A stretch of 64,000 bases of DNA. It comes from Clostridia bacterium. Lineage in GTDB: Bacteria > Bacillota > Clostridia > RUG12999. Both the position numbers and the translations under genes were made by a program. The stretch spans positions 26,075-90,074 of the forward strand of contig JAZQYO010000030.1 of NCBI GenBank assembly GCA_045633565.1, written 5' to 3'. Position 1 is the stretch's first letter, and every line of letters starts with the position of its first letter. The notes below the pieces were generated by a model. The model was not told the DNA's origin. It saw only the letters and a list, made by a program, of their open reading frames with translations, and did not search any database. Of this stretch, positions 51,903-59,688 are shown piece by piece.

Positions 51903-52781
51903 ATGATTGAACCAAAGGAAATAACTATTAAAGAAAAAGAGCTTTTTAACAGCTTTTTTAAAAAAGAGAAAAGGATATCTCAGGAGATATGCTTTTCAAA
52001 TCTTTACATGTGGAAAGCCGGATATAATATGCGTTATGATATTATAGACGGTTTTCTGGTCGTTTTTGCCGGATATGACCCTATTGGTGAGTATTTTCAC
52101 CTTCCTGTTGGTGAGGGCGATAAAAGGCAGGTCCTGCTGAAACTGGACGAGTATATGTTGCAAAAATACGGTAGCTATTCGGTGAGAAAACTGCTGACAG
52201 AAGACGCAAAAGAGCTTGAAAGCCTTATGCCCGGTAAATTTATAATGGAAGAAAACAGGGAGTTTTTTGATTATATTTACAAGGTGGAAGATTTAATATC
52301 GCTTAAAGGGAAAAAGTTTCACGCAAAGAAAAATCATTTTAATTCTTTCATAAATTCATATAATTTTACCTATCACAAAATAACGCCGGAAAATGTAAAA
52401 ATGTGCAAGGAACGTGCGCTGACCTGGATACTTGAAAGAAATAATGACCCGGATATGGAAGAGTATATTGCGGCAGAGACAATGTTTGAAAATTATTTTG
52501 AGCTTGGGTTGAGAGGTGCTTTTCTGACGGTGGATGATAAAATAGTGGCACTGACCGTCGGAGAGGATAATTTCGGTACGGTCATAATTCACGTGGAAAA
52601 AGCCGACCCGGAAATTAAAGGGGCATACGCTGCAATCAATAAAATGTTTCTTGAAAACGAGTTTGCCGAGGCAAGATACGTAAATCGTGAAGAGGACCTG
52701 GGAATTGAGGGTTTAAGAAAAGCCAAGCTATCTTATAACCCCGAAATTTTACTTGAGAAAATAACTGCAAAGAGGATTTGA
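51903..52781 (+). CDS. DUF2156 family protein (soluble MprF C-terminal-like, aminoacyltransferase fold)
   Basis: FSNLYMW, DYIY....LISLKGKKFHAKKNH, HVEKAD, GAYAAIN, YVNREEDLGIEGLRKAKLSYNP. Confidence 0.9.
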   Translation: MIEPKEITIKEKELFNSFFKKEKRISQEICFSNLYMWKAGYNMRYDIIDGFLVVFAGYDPIGEYFHLPVGEGDKRQVLLKLDEYMLQKYGSYSVRKLLTEDAKELESLMPGKFIMEENREFFDYIYKVEDLISLKGKKFHAKKNHFNSFINSYNFTYHKITPENVKMCKERALTWILERNNDPDMEEYIAAETMFENYFELGLRGAFLTVDDKIVALTVGEDNFGTVIIHVEKADPEIKGAYAAINKMFLENEFAEARYVNREEDLGIEGLRKAKLSYNPEILLEKITAKRI

Positions 52782-53716
52782 CATACATGAAGATTTCTAC
52801 GGTGAAAATGAAGCATAAACAGCAGGTTAAGGATTTGTGGAACTACTGCTTTTATGATGCCGACCCATACTTAAGCTGGTTCTTTGACAATGTTTTCAAA
52901 CCGGAAAATACGGTGGCGGCAATAGAAAATGATAAAATTCTTTCGGCGATGCAACTTCTGGATTTTGATGTTGTTATCAGAGGAAAAACATATCCCTGCA
53001 CCTATATTGCGGGAGTGTCTACCCAGCCGGAATTCCGTGGCAAGGGACTTGCCACAAAAGTAATGGAATATGCTGAGGAGACTATAAAATCAAGAGGCAG
53101 GGAGTTTGCTCTGCTTACACCGTCGGTGGATAATTTTTATGAAAAGTTTGGCTTTACAAGCTGCTATGAGAGACTTGAGTATTCTTACTGCCCAACAGAT
53201 TTCAAACCGGACAAAAGCGGCTGCACGTCACAAAAGGCAGGACTTTCGGACGCATCGGATATGGCTGAAGTTTACGATGGGTTCTCGGGCTTTTTTGACG
53301 GGTATGTCAAAAGAAGCCAAAAAGATTTTGCTGATATTATTGAACAGTACTCGCTTGAAAGCGGTGGGGCTTATATTTTTTATGATGAAAATGATAAACC
53401 CGTTTCCTATATTGTATATGATTTGTCGGACAGAACCATTTTTGCGGACGAGATTGCATACACCTGCAGTCAGGGGCTTGATGCGGCGCTTGAATTTATT
53501 TTTCTGCACAGCTCACAGGCCGACAGATGCGTAATTTTTGCGCCATCACACAGTCTCTTGAACAGTACGCTGTACAGCAGACAGATTGAAATAAAATATA
53601 TTCCTACTGTAATGGTTAAAAGCCTGGCTCATGAAATTGAAGATGTGCGCCTTTTTGTAGGGCAGACAGATTCGGATGATTTACCATTGCAGAAAAATTA
53701 TATCAGGATTTTTTAG
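52778..53716 (+). CDS. GNAT family N-acetyltransferase (Eis-like)
   Basis: YIAGVST.PEFRGKGLA acetyl-CoA-binding motif, FYEKFGF, second GNAT-like half. Confidence 0.85.
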   Translation: MTYMKISTVKMKHKQQVKDLWNYCFYDADPYLSWFFDNVFKPENTVAAIENDKILSAMQLLDFDVVIRGKTYPCTYIAGVSTQPEFRGKGLATKVMEYAEETIKSRGREFALLTPSVDNFYEKFGFTSCYERLEYSYCPTDFKPDKSGCTSQKAGLSDASDMAEVYDGFSGFFDGYVKRSQKDFADIIEQYSLESGGAYIFYDENDKPVSYIVYDLSDRTIFADEIAYTCSQGLDAALEFIFLHSSQADRCVIFAPSHSLLNSTLYSRQIEIKYIPTVMVKSLAHEIEDVRLFVGQTDSDDLPLQKNYIRIF

Positions 53717-53728
53717 GAGGTAAAGAAA

Positions 53729-54259
53729 GTGGTTTATGTATTTCTTGCTGATGGGTTTGAAGAAATAGAAGCGCTTGCGCCGGTGGACATTTTGCGTAGG
53801 GCTAAAATTGATGTGAAGACGGTAAGCATTAATGATACACTAAGTGTTACGGGTGCTCACGGAATTACAGTTCAGGCGGACATTTTGTTAAAAGATGTTA
53901 GTGAAGATTCGCAGATGCTTGTGCTTCCGGGAGGTATGCCGGGGACACTTAATCTTCAGAAATGTCAGCCGCTTTGTGATATGCTGAAAAAAGCTGAAGG
54001 GTTTGTTGCGGCAATTTGTGCGGCACCGTCCGTTCTTGGCGGTCTTGGACTTTTAAAAGGGAAAAAGGCTACATGCTACCCTGGCTTTGAAGATAAACTT
54101 GATGGGGCAGAGTATGTGGATGAGTCTGTTGTAGTAAGTGGCAAAGTGATAACTTCAAAAGGTGCGGGAACAGCTCACCTTTTTGGATTTACACTTCTGT
54201 CGCTGCTGAAAGAGGAAAACGAGGCTGAAAAGCTCAGAAAGACGATGATGTATGAATAA
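53729..54259 (+). CDS. DJ-1/YajL/PfpI family protein
   Basis: DGFEEIEA, LVLPGG.PG, AAICAAP (nucleophilic Cys), ATCYPG. Confidence 0.93.
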   Translation: MVYVFLADGFEEIEALAPVDILRRAKIDVKTVSINDTLSVTGAHGITVQADILLKDVSEDSQMLVLPGGMPGTLNLQKCQPLCDMLKKAEGFVAAICAAPSVLGGLGLLKGKKATCYPGFEDKLDGAEYVDESVVVSGKVITSKGAGTAHLFGFTLLSLLKEENEAEKLRKTMMYE

Positions 54260-55100
54260 AAGATGGAGTGCCAACATCTATGTGATTATTTCCATCGCGG
54301 CAGGGTATTTTTTGTCGCTTATTGTTTCAAACTGGGACGTGGAAATGACGCCTTTTGTTGTAAATCTTTTAAATGTTATTAATATTATTGTTATAACGGT
54401 TGTTCCGGGTGCTATTTTTATATGTTTTAACAAAAATGACTTTAAAGGGTTTTTTAAAAAGGTAAATCCCGCAAGCTGGTGGAAATATCTTTTAATTACG
54501 CCGGCATTGTGGAGCAGTGCAACATATCTTAACACAAGAATGAACTTAATTTTGGACAAACTGGGAATAAAGATGATAGAGCAACTTCCTCCGACGGACG
54601 AAAAATCTGCAATATTTACGGGGTTTTTGCTTACATGTGTGGCGGCACCTCTGCTTGAGGAAATCTTTTATCGTGGTATAATTCTGCATTTGCTTAAAGG
54701 GTATGGCAAGGGAGCATCAATTGTGATAACCGCCCTGCTTTTTGCCCTGGCACATGGAAGTGTATCTGTTTTTGTGTCACCGCTTGTATTCGGACTTGTG
54801 CTCGGATATATCACTGTGAAAAATGAAAACATTCTGCCTGCAATTTTTATACATTTCGGATGCAATCTTATATCCTGGCTGCTGATGAGTTTTGACATAG
54901 GGCAGGTCTTTAGCATTGCAATAAGCCTTGCAACCATTATTCTTGGAGCTGCGACAAGTATTTGGGGACTTATATGGCTGATAAAAAATAAAAGCAGAAT
55001 TTTTAGAGTATTTGTGCAGATATGGAGTTATATCACAAATCCGCTTTGGCTACCAGTTGCGGCAAACTATATAGTTACAAATTTTATGAATCATGGATAG
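54252..55100 (+). CDS. CPBP (CAAX/Abi) family intramembrane metalloprotease
   Basis: APLLEEIFYRG, FALAH, IFIHFGCN; multiple TMs. Confidence 0.9.
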   Translation: MNKRWSANIYVIISIAAGYFLSLIVSNWDVEMTPFVVNLLNVINIIVITVVPGAIFICFNKNDFKGFFKKVNPASWWKYLLITPALWSSATYLNTRMNLILDKLGIKMIEQLPPTDEKSAIFTGFLLTCVAAPLLEEIFYRGIILHLLKGYGKGASIVITALLFALAHGSVSVFVSPLVFGLVLGYITVKNENILPAIFIHFGCNLISWLLMSFDIGQVFSIAISLATIILGAATSIWGLIWLIKNKSRIFRVFVQIWSYITNPLWLPVAANYIVTNFMNHG

Positions 55101-55109
55101 AGGAAAGTT

Positions 55110-55985
55110 ATGGAAGATATTATAATCCGCGGAAGCGAAAAAAACGGTAAAATAAGATTTTTTGGTGCAATTACAACTTCTTTGGTGAATGAAGCACATA
55201 ACCTTCACATAACCACCCCTGTTGTAAGTGCCGCTTTTGGTCGCACTCTTACGGCGACAGCTATGATGAGCACCATGCTCAAAGGGGATATGGAGACGCT
55301 TTCGGTGCAGTTTCGTGGGGACGGACCGCTTGAGGGCATTGTTGCGGTAGGTAATAACAAAGGTGAGGTCCGCGGATATGTTTTAAATAATGCTGTGGAT
55401 TTGCCACTTAAGTCTAACGGCAAGCTTGACGTTGGCGGAGCCATTGGAAATGGCTATCTCACCGTTGTACGTGACCTTAAAATGCGTGAACCTTATGTGG
55501 GAAGGGTTGAAATTCAAAGCGGAGAGATTGCGGACGATTTAACATATTATTTTGCATCCTCTGAGCAGATACCATCGGTTGTGGCGCTCGGTGTTTTAGT
55601 TGACAGGGATTATTCTATCCGTGCGGCAGGCGGTTATATAATTCAGCTTATGCCCGATGCGGGCGAAGACGAAATATCAAAAATTGAAGAGAATATAAAA
55701 GATATCCCTTCTGTTACCAATATGCTCGATAGTGGTCTTGATATTATGGGAATAATAAACCGGGTTTTAAACGGATTTGATATTCAGGTGACAGAAACAA
55801 TTGTTCCTGCATATAAATGTAACTGTGATGAAAAAAGCATCAGGCGTGCACTTTTAAGTGTTGGCAGAGAAGAACTTGAGGACATTTTGAAAAAAGAAGG
55901 TAAGACGGAACTGACTTGCTATTACTGCAATAAAACGTACAAAATCAGCGGTGAAGAAATACGCGAAATGCTTGAAAATATATAG
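55110..55985 (+). CDS. hslO: Hsp33 redox-regulated chaperone
   Basis: AFGRTLTA, GEIADDLTYYF..SEQIPS, GGYIIQLMP, C-terminal CxC...CxxC zinc motif. Confidence 0.95.
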   Translation: MEDIIIRGSEKNGKIRFFGAITTSLVNEAHNLHITTPVVSAAFGRTLTATAMMSTMLKGDMETLSVQFRGDGPLEGIVAVGNNKGEVRGYVLNNAVDLPLKSNGKLDVGGAIGNGYLTVVRDLKMREPYVGRVEIQSGEIADDLTYYFASSEQIPSVVALGVLVDRDYSIRAAGGYIIQLMPDAGEDEISKIEENIKDIPSVTNMLDSGLDIMGIINRVLNGFDIQVTETIVPAYKCNCDEKSIRRALLSVGREELEDILKKEGKTELTCYYCNKTYKISGEEIREMLENI

Positions 55986-56020
55986 ATAAAAAAATTTTTT
56001 AAAAAAATTTAAAAAAATGC

Positions 56021-56049
56021 TTGACATTTGATATAAATGTGTGTATAAT
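56021..56049 (+). promoter_or_regulatory. Strong sigma-A promoter of the tRNA operon with an A/T UP element
   Basis: TTGACA-N17-TATAAT preceded by A/T tracts. Confidence 0.9.
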
Positions 56050-56100
56050 AGTTAATGTTCCGCTTTTGAGTACAAACTCAATAAAGAGGCGGCTTGGTGT

Positions 56101-56176
56101 GGGCGCATAGCTCAGCTGGGAGAGCATCTGCCTTACAAGCAGAGGGTCACAGGTTCGAGCCCTGTTGTGCCCACCA
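56101..56176 (+). tRNA. tRNA-Val (TAC)
   Basis: Cloverleaf, anticodon loop CT-TAC-AA, GTTCGAG T-loop, encoded CCA. Confidence 0.95.
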
Positions 56177-56182
56177 TACCAT

Positions 56183-56259
56183 GGCCCGGTAGTTCAGTTG
56201 GTTAGAACGCTAGCCTGTCACGCTAGAGGTCGAGAGTTCGAGTCTCTTCCGGGTCGCCA
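56183..56259 (+). tRNA. tRNA-Asp (GTC)
   Basis: Anticodon arm CTAGC-CTGTCAC-GCTAG, encoded CCA. Confidence 0.95.
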
Positions 56260-56278
56260 CTTTTTAAAAAGTGTGTTC

Positions 56279-56354
56279 GCCTCTGTAGCTCAGTTGGTAG
56301 AGCAGGGGACTGAAAATCCCCGTGTCGGTGGTTCGATTCCGCCCGGAGGCACCA
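56279..56354 (+). tRNA. tRNA-Phe (GAA)
   Basis: Anticodon arm GGGGA-CTGAAAA-TCCCC, encoded CCA. Confidence 0.95.
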
Positions 56355-56360
56355 AAATAT

Positions 56361-56435
56361 GCGGGAGTGACTCAGTGGTAGAGTGTCACCTTGCCAAGGT
56401 GAAAGTCGCGAGTTCGAATCTCGTCTTCCGCTCCA
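56361..56435 (+). tRNA. tRNA-Gly (GCC)
   Basis: Anticodon arm TCACC-TTGCCAA-GGTGA, encoded CCA. Confidence 0.95.
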
Positions 56436-56440
56436 CGAAT

Positions 56441-56470
56441 GAAAAAGACGCACTTAGCTGCGTCTTTTTC
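56441..56470. terminator. Terminator-like hairpin between tRNA-Gly and tRNA-Cys
   Basis: GAAAAAGACGCA-CTTAGC-TGCGTCTTTTTC. Confidence 0.7.
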
Positions 56471-56493
56471 ACTAAAAAACTAAATAATTATAA

Positions 56494-56567
56494 GGCACCA
56501 TAGCCAAGTGGTAAGGCAGAGGTCTGCAACACCTTTACCCCCAGTTCAAGTCTGGGTGGTGCCTCCA
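56494..56567 (+). tRNA. tRNA-Cys (GCA)
   Basis: Acceptor GGCACCA/TGGTGCC, U73 discriminator, anticodon arm GAGGT-CTGCAAC-ACCTT, encoded CCA. Confidence 0.93.
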
Positions 56568-56576
56568 GAAAGTCCA

Positions 56577-56602
56577 AATACCACCCGAACGGGTGGTATT
56601 TG
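56577..56602 (+). terminator. Terminator after the tRNA cluster
   Basis: AAATACCACCCG-AA-CGGGTGGTATTT. Confidence 0.7.
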
Positions 56603-56668
56603 ACTTTATAAAAAAATAGTGGTATAATAGATAGCTGAACAAAAATTTTATTATAGGAGATAAATGTT

Positions 56669-57868
56669 ATGATATTATCAGAAAATCTTGACCATGTATA
56701 TTCAGACATCAGGGGCGACATTTACATGCACGCACTTGAACTTGAAAAACAGGGGAATAAAGTGCTCAAATTAAACACAGGAAACCCTGCTGCGTTCGGA
56801 TTTAAAATGCCGGACAGCATTAAAAACAGAATTGTTACCGATGTTGAAAAAGCGCTGGGCTATTGCGATTTAAAGGGTATGCCGGTTGCAAGAGCCGCTA
56901 TCAGGGATTATCACCTGTCAAAAGGACTTAAAAACATCACTGAAGATGATGTTTTTATCGGAAATGGTGTAAGTGAAGTTGCACATATGATTATTGCATC
57001 TCTTGTGGGAAAAGGTGATGAAGTTCTTGTTCCTACTCCGTGCTATTCTCTGTGGACAAACTTTACATACCTTTCAGGCGGTAATGTTCGTTTTTATGAA
57101 TGTGATGAAGCGAACGGATGGCAGCCTGATATTGACAGCATTAAAAAAGCTGTTACCAATAAAACAAAAGCTATTGTTGTTATAAACCCCAACAATCCTA
57201 CAGGTGCTTTATATTCAGAAGAAATTCTGCTGGAAATTATTGATATTGCACGTAAAAACAATCTTGTTCTTATCTCTGACGAGATATACGACAGACTTGT
57301 TATGGATGAAAAACAGCACACATCTACAGCTGCCCTTGCTGATGATGTAACAATAGTTACAATGAATGGTCTTTCCAAATCACACTGTATATGTGGCTTA
57401 AGATGCGGATGGATTTGCCTCAGTGGCAGGGAAGAAGAAAAGAAGGTGCTGAGAGATGCTCTTGTAAGAATTGCATCTGTAAGACTTTGTTCAAATGCTC
57501 TTATGCAGCTGGTAATTCCCGATGCACTTAGCGACCCTGAATACACTAAAGATATGATTGGTACAAACGGCAGAATTTTCAGACAGAGAGAAGCTACAAC
57601 ACAGGAACTTGATAAAATTGACGGAATAACCTATGTGAAAAACTCGGCTGCATTTTACCTCTTCCCCAAAATAGACATTAAAAAGTTCGGTTTTGAAAGC
57701 GACAGAGACTTTGCAAGACAGCTGCTCGATGAAAAACACATATTAATAATACCGGGAAGCGGCTTTAACTGCGTAGATAAAGAACATTTCAGAATTGTAA
57801 TGCTTCCTGAAGAAAATGCATTGAGAGATGCTATAAGAAGTATTGGCGATTTTTTGGCAAAAAGATAA
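56669..57868 (+). CDS. alaA: PLP-dependent class I/II aminotransferase (AlaA/AlaT-like)
   Basis: LKLNTGNPA.FGF, GNGVSE, INPNNPTG, SDEIYD, NGLSKS (PLP Lys), G.RCGW. Confidence 0.85.
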   Translation: MILSENLDHVYSDIRGDIYMHALELEKQGNKVLKLNTGNPAAFGFKMPDSIKNRIVTDVEKALGYCDLKGMPVARAAIRDYHLSKGLKNITEDDVFIGNGVSEVAHMIIASLVGKGDEVLVPTPCYSLWTNFTYLSGGNVRFYECDEANGWQPDIDSIKKAVTNKTKAIVVINPNNPTGALYSEEILLEIIDIARKNNLVLISDEIYDRLVMDEKQHTSTAALADDVTIVTMNGLSKSHCICGLRCGWICLSGREEEKKVLRDALVRIASVRLCSNALMQLVIPDALSDPEYTKDMIGTNGRIFRQREATTQELDKIDGITYVKNSAAFYLFPKIDIKKFGFESDRDFARQLLDEKHILIIPGSGFNCVDKEHFRIVMLPEENALRDAIRSIGDFLAKR

Positions 57869-57872
57869 GTTA

Positions 57873-57908
57873 AATAATCCCGCCGTCACTGACGGCGGGA
57901 TTATTTTA
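57873..57908 (+). terminator. Intrinsic terminator after the aminotransferase gene
   Basis: AATAATCCCGCCGTCA-C-TGACGGCGGGATTATTTT. Confidence 0.85.
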
Positions 57909-57937
57909 TTGAAGCCCAAAAATTTTTAAAAAAACTA

Positions 57938-57966
57938 TTGACAAAATTAAACTCACGTGATATAAT
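57938..57966 (+). promoter_or_regulatory. Sigma-A promoter of the T-box leader
   Basis: Perfect TTGACA-N17-TATAAT. Confidence 0.88.
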
Positions 57967-57974
57967 TCATAAAA

Positions 57975-58252
57975 ATAAACGCAATGATACGGAATAGTAT
58001 GTGAGCACCTTTACCCTATAGAGAGATGCCGGTTGGTGTAAGGCATTGGGGAGGGTTTGCAGAACTCACCGTGGAGCGGCTGCTGTGAAATTAAAGTAGG
58101 GGCAGACGGGAACTCCCGTTACAGAGTTAAGATGTGTTGGCATCTAAAGTGCATCCGATAAGGGTGAAAAAGAGTGGTACCGCGGAAAGTTAAATTTGTT
58201 TTTTAACGTTTTCGTCTCTTTGAATCGACAAGGAGACGGAAGCGTGTTTTTG
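57975..58252 (+). ncRNA. T-box riboswitch, Leu-specific (specifier CUC)
   Basis: Stem I with AGAGA/GGTG distal motifs, specifier loop GAA-CTC-A (58064-58066), AGTA in stem II, CCGTTA, T-box AGAGTGGTACCGCG (58171-58184; UGGU fits tRNA-Leu A73), terminator ACGTTTTCGTCTC...GAGACGGAAGCGT-GTTTTT. Confidence 0.9.
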
Positions 58253-58298
58253 TTGATTAATACATATTTTAGTATAAAGAGGAAAGGGGATTTTTTAA

Positions 58299-59687
58299 AT
58301 GAGAAAAATCAATATCACAGACATCACACTCAAAAAGCTCTCGCAGGACAGAGAGGTTTCACTTTTGTTCCGTGAGAAAACTGCAATAGCTGCGTGTGCA
58401 GATTCACTTGGCGTTGATGCCATTGAACTTGCACCTGTAAAAAACGTTCGTGAAGATACTATTATTTATAAAACAATAGCTCAGAACACTCTCAGCAGAA
58501 AGGTTGTAATTCCGGCAGGATTTACTGCTGAAGAAGTGGACGCAGCGTGGGAATGCGTAAAGGATGCAAAATATCCCCGTCTGCAGATTGAGCTTCCGGT
58601 TTCAACTGTTCAGATGGAATATATCTATCATGTAAAAGCTGATAAAATGGCAGTGAAAATAGCCCAGCTTACAGCTCATGCAAAAAAACTTTGCGGTGAC
58701 ATAGAATTTGCGGCGCTTGATGCAACAAGGGCGGATGAGGAATTTTTAATTCAGGCTGCAAAAGAGGCAGAAGCAAATGGTGCAGGAATTATCACAATTT
58801 GCGATGATGCAGGAGTATCGCTTCCGGAAGAAATTGCACAGCTTGTAAAGAAAATCAAAGCGGCAGTAAAAATTCCTGTATATGTTCAGGTGTCTGACCG
58901 TATTGGTATGGCGGTTGCAGCGGCGGTAGCGGCAATCGGTGCAGGCGCAGACGGAATTAAGTGTGCAATGGCATCGGGAGATGCACTGTCTATGGGAGAA
59001 TTTTCAGATGCGATAAGTGCGCGCAGTGAAGCAATCGGCGCTGAAACCGGACTTAAAAATACCAAAATTCATGCAAGTATTGACGAAATGCTTGAAAGCA
59101 TAAATCATCAGGCTTATGAAACTGAAGAAAAAGTAAGTGAAAAGAAAAAAATCCTGCTTGACAGCGACAGCACAATTTCGCAGGTAGCTCAGGCGGCACA
59201 GGTTCTCGGTTACGACCTGTCTGATGGGGACTGTGGCAATGTTCACAAAGCACTGATGCAGGTTTGTGAGAAAAAGGCGTCAGTTGGGGCAAAGGAATTT
59301 GAGGCACTCATTGCAAGCTCTGCTATGCAGGCGCCCTCTACATATCATCTTGAAAGCTATAGCACAAACTGCGGTAACCTCACAAGCTCAATGTCACAGG
59401 TTACACTCAGAAATGGAGATGAAATTCTCTGTGGTGTAAGCACAGGCGACGGTCCTATTGACTCTGCATTCCGTGCAATTGAACAATGCATTGGTTATCA
59501 CTATGAGCTGGATGATTTTCAGGTTCAGGCTGTAACTGAGGGTAAAGAAGCTCTCGGTTCTGCGCTTGTAAGACTTCGTAACAATGGCAAGCTTTATTCA
59601 GGAAACGGTATTTCAACCGACATTGTTGCGGCAAGTATCAGAGCATATATTAACGCACTGAACAAGATTGTATTTGAGGAGGAATAA
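58299..59687 (+). CDS. LeuA (2-isopropylmalate synthase)-like protein with a degenerate catalytic barrel and an intact C-terminal regulatory domain
   Basis: Collinear with LeuA (DATRAD, DDAG..LP, LGYDLS, GDGPIDSAFRAI, STDIVAASIRAYINALN) but DTTLRDGEQ is DITLKKLSQ, HxH is QVS, and the GERAGN motif is absent. Confidence 0.85.
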   Translation: MRKINITDITLKKLSQDREVSLLFREKTAIAACADSLGVDAIELAPVKNVREDTIIYKTIAQNTLSRKVVIPAGFTAEEVDAAWECVKDAKYPRLQIELPVSTVQMEYIYHVKADKMAVKIAQLTAHAKKLCGDIEFAALDATRADEEFLIQAAKEAEANGAGIITICDDAGVSLPEEIAQLVKKIKAAVKIPVYVQVSDRIGMAVAAAVAAIGAGADGIKCAMASGDALSMGEFSDAISARSEAIGAETGLKNTKIHASIDEMLESINHQAYETEEKVSEKKKILLDSDSTISQVAQAAQVLGYDLSDGDCGNVHKALMQVCEKKASVGAKEFEALIASSAMQAPSTYHLESYSTNCGNLTSSMSQVTLRNGDEILCGVSTGDGPIDSAFRAIEQCIGYHYELDDFQVQAVTEGKEALGSALVRLRNNGKLYSGNGISTDIVAASIRAYINALNKIVFEEE

Positions 59688-59688
59688 G

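Noticed and set aside
58120-58135. GTAGGGGC inside the T-box leader (and GTAGGG at about 22928) as further REP copies
   Set aside because: No following palindrome or inverted partner; the first is explained by T-box stem II
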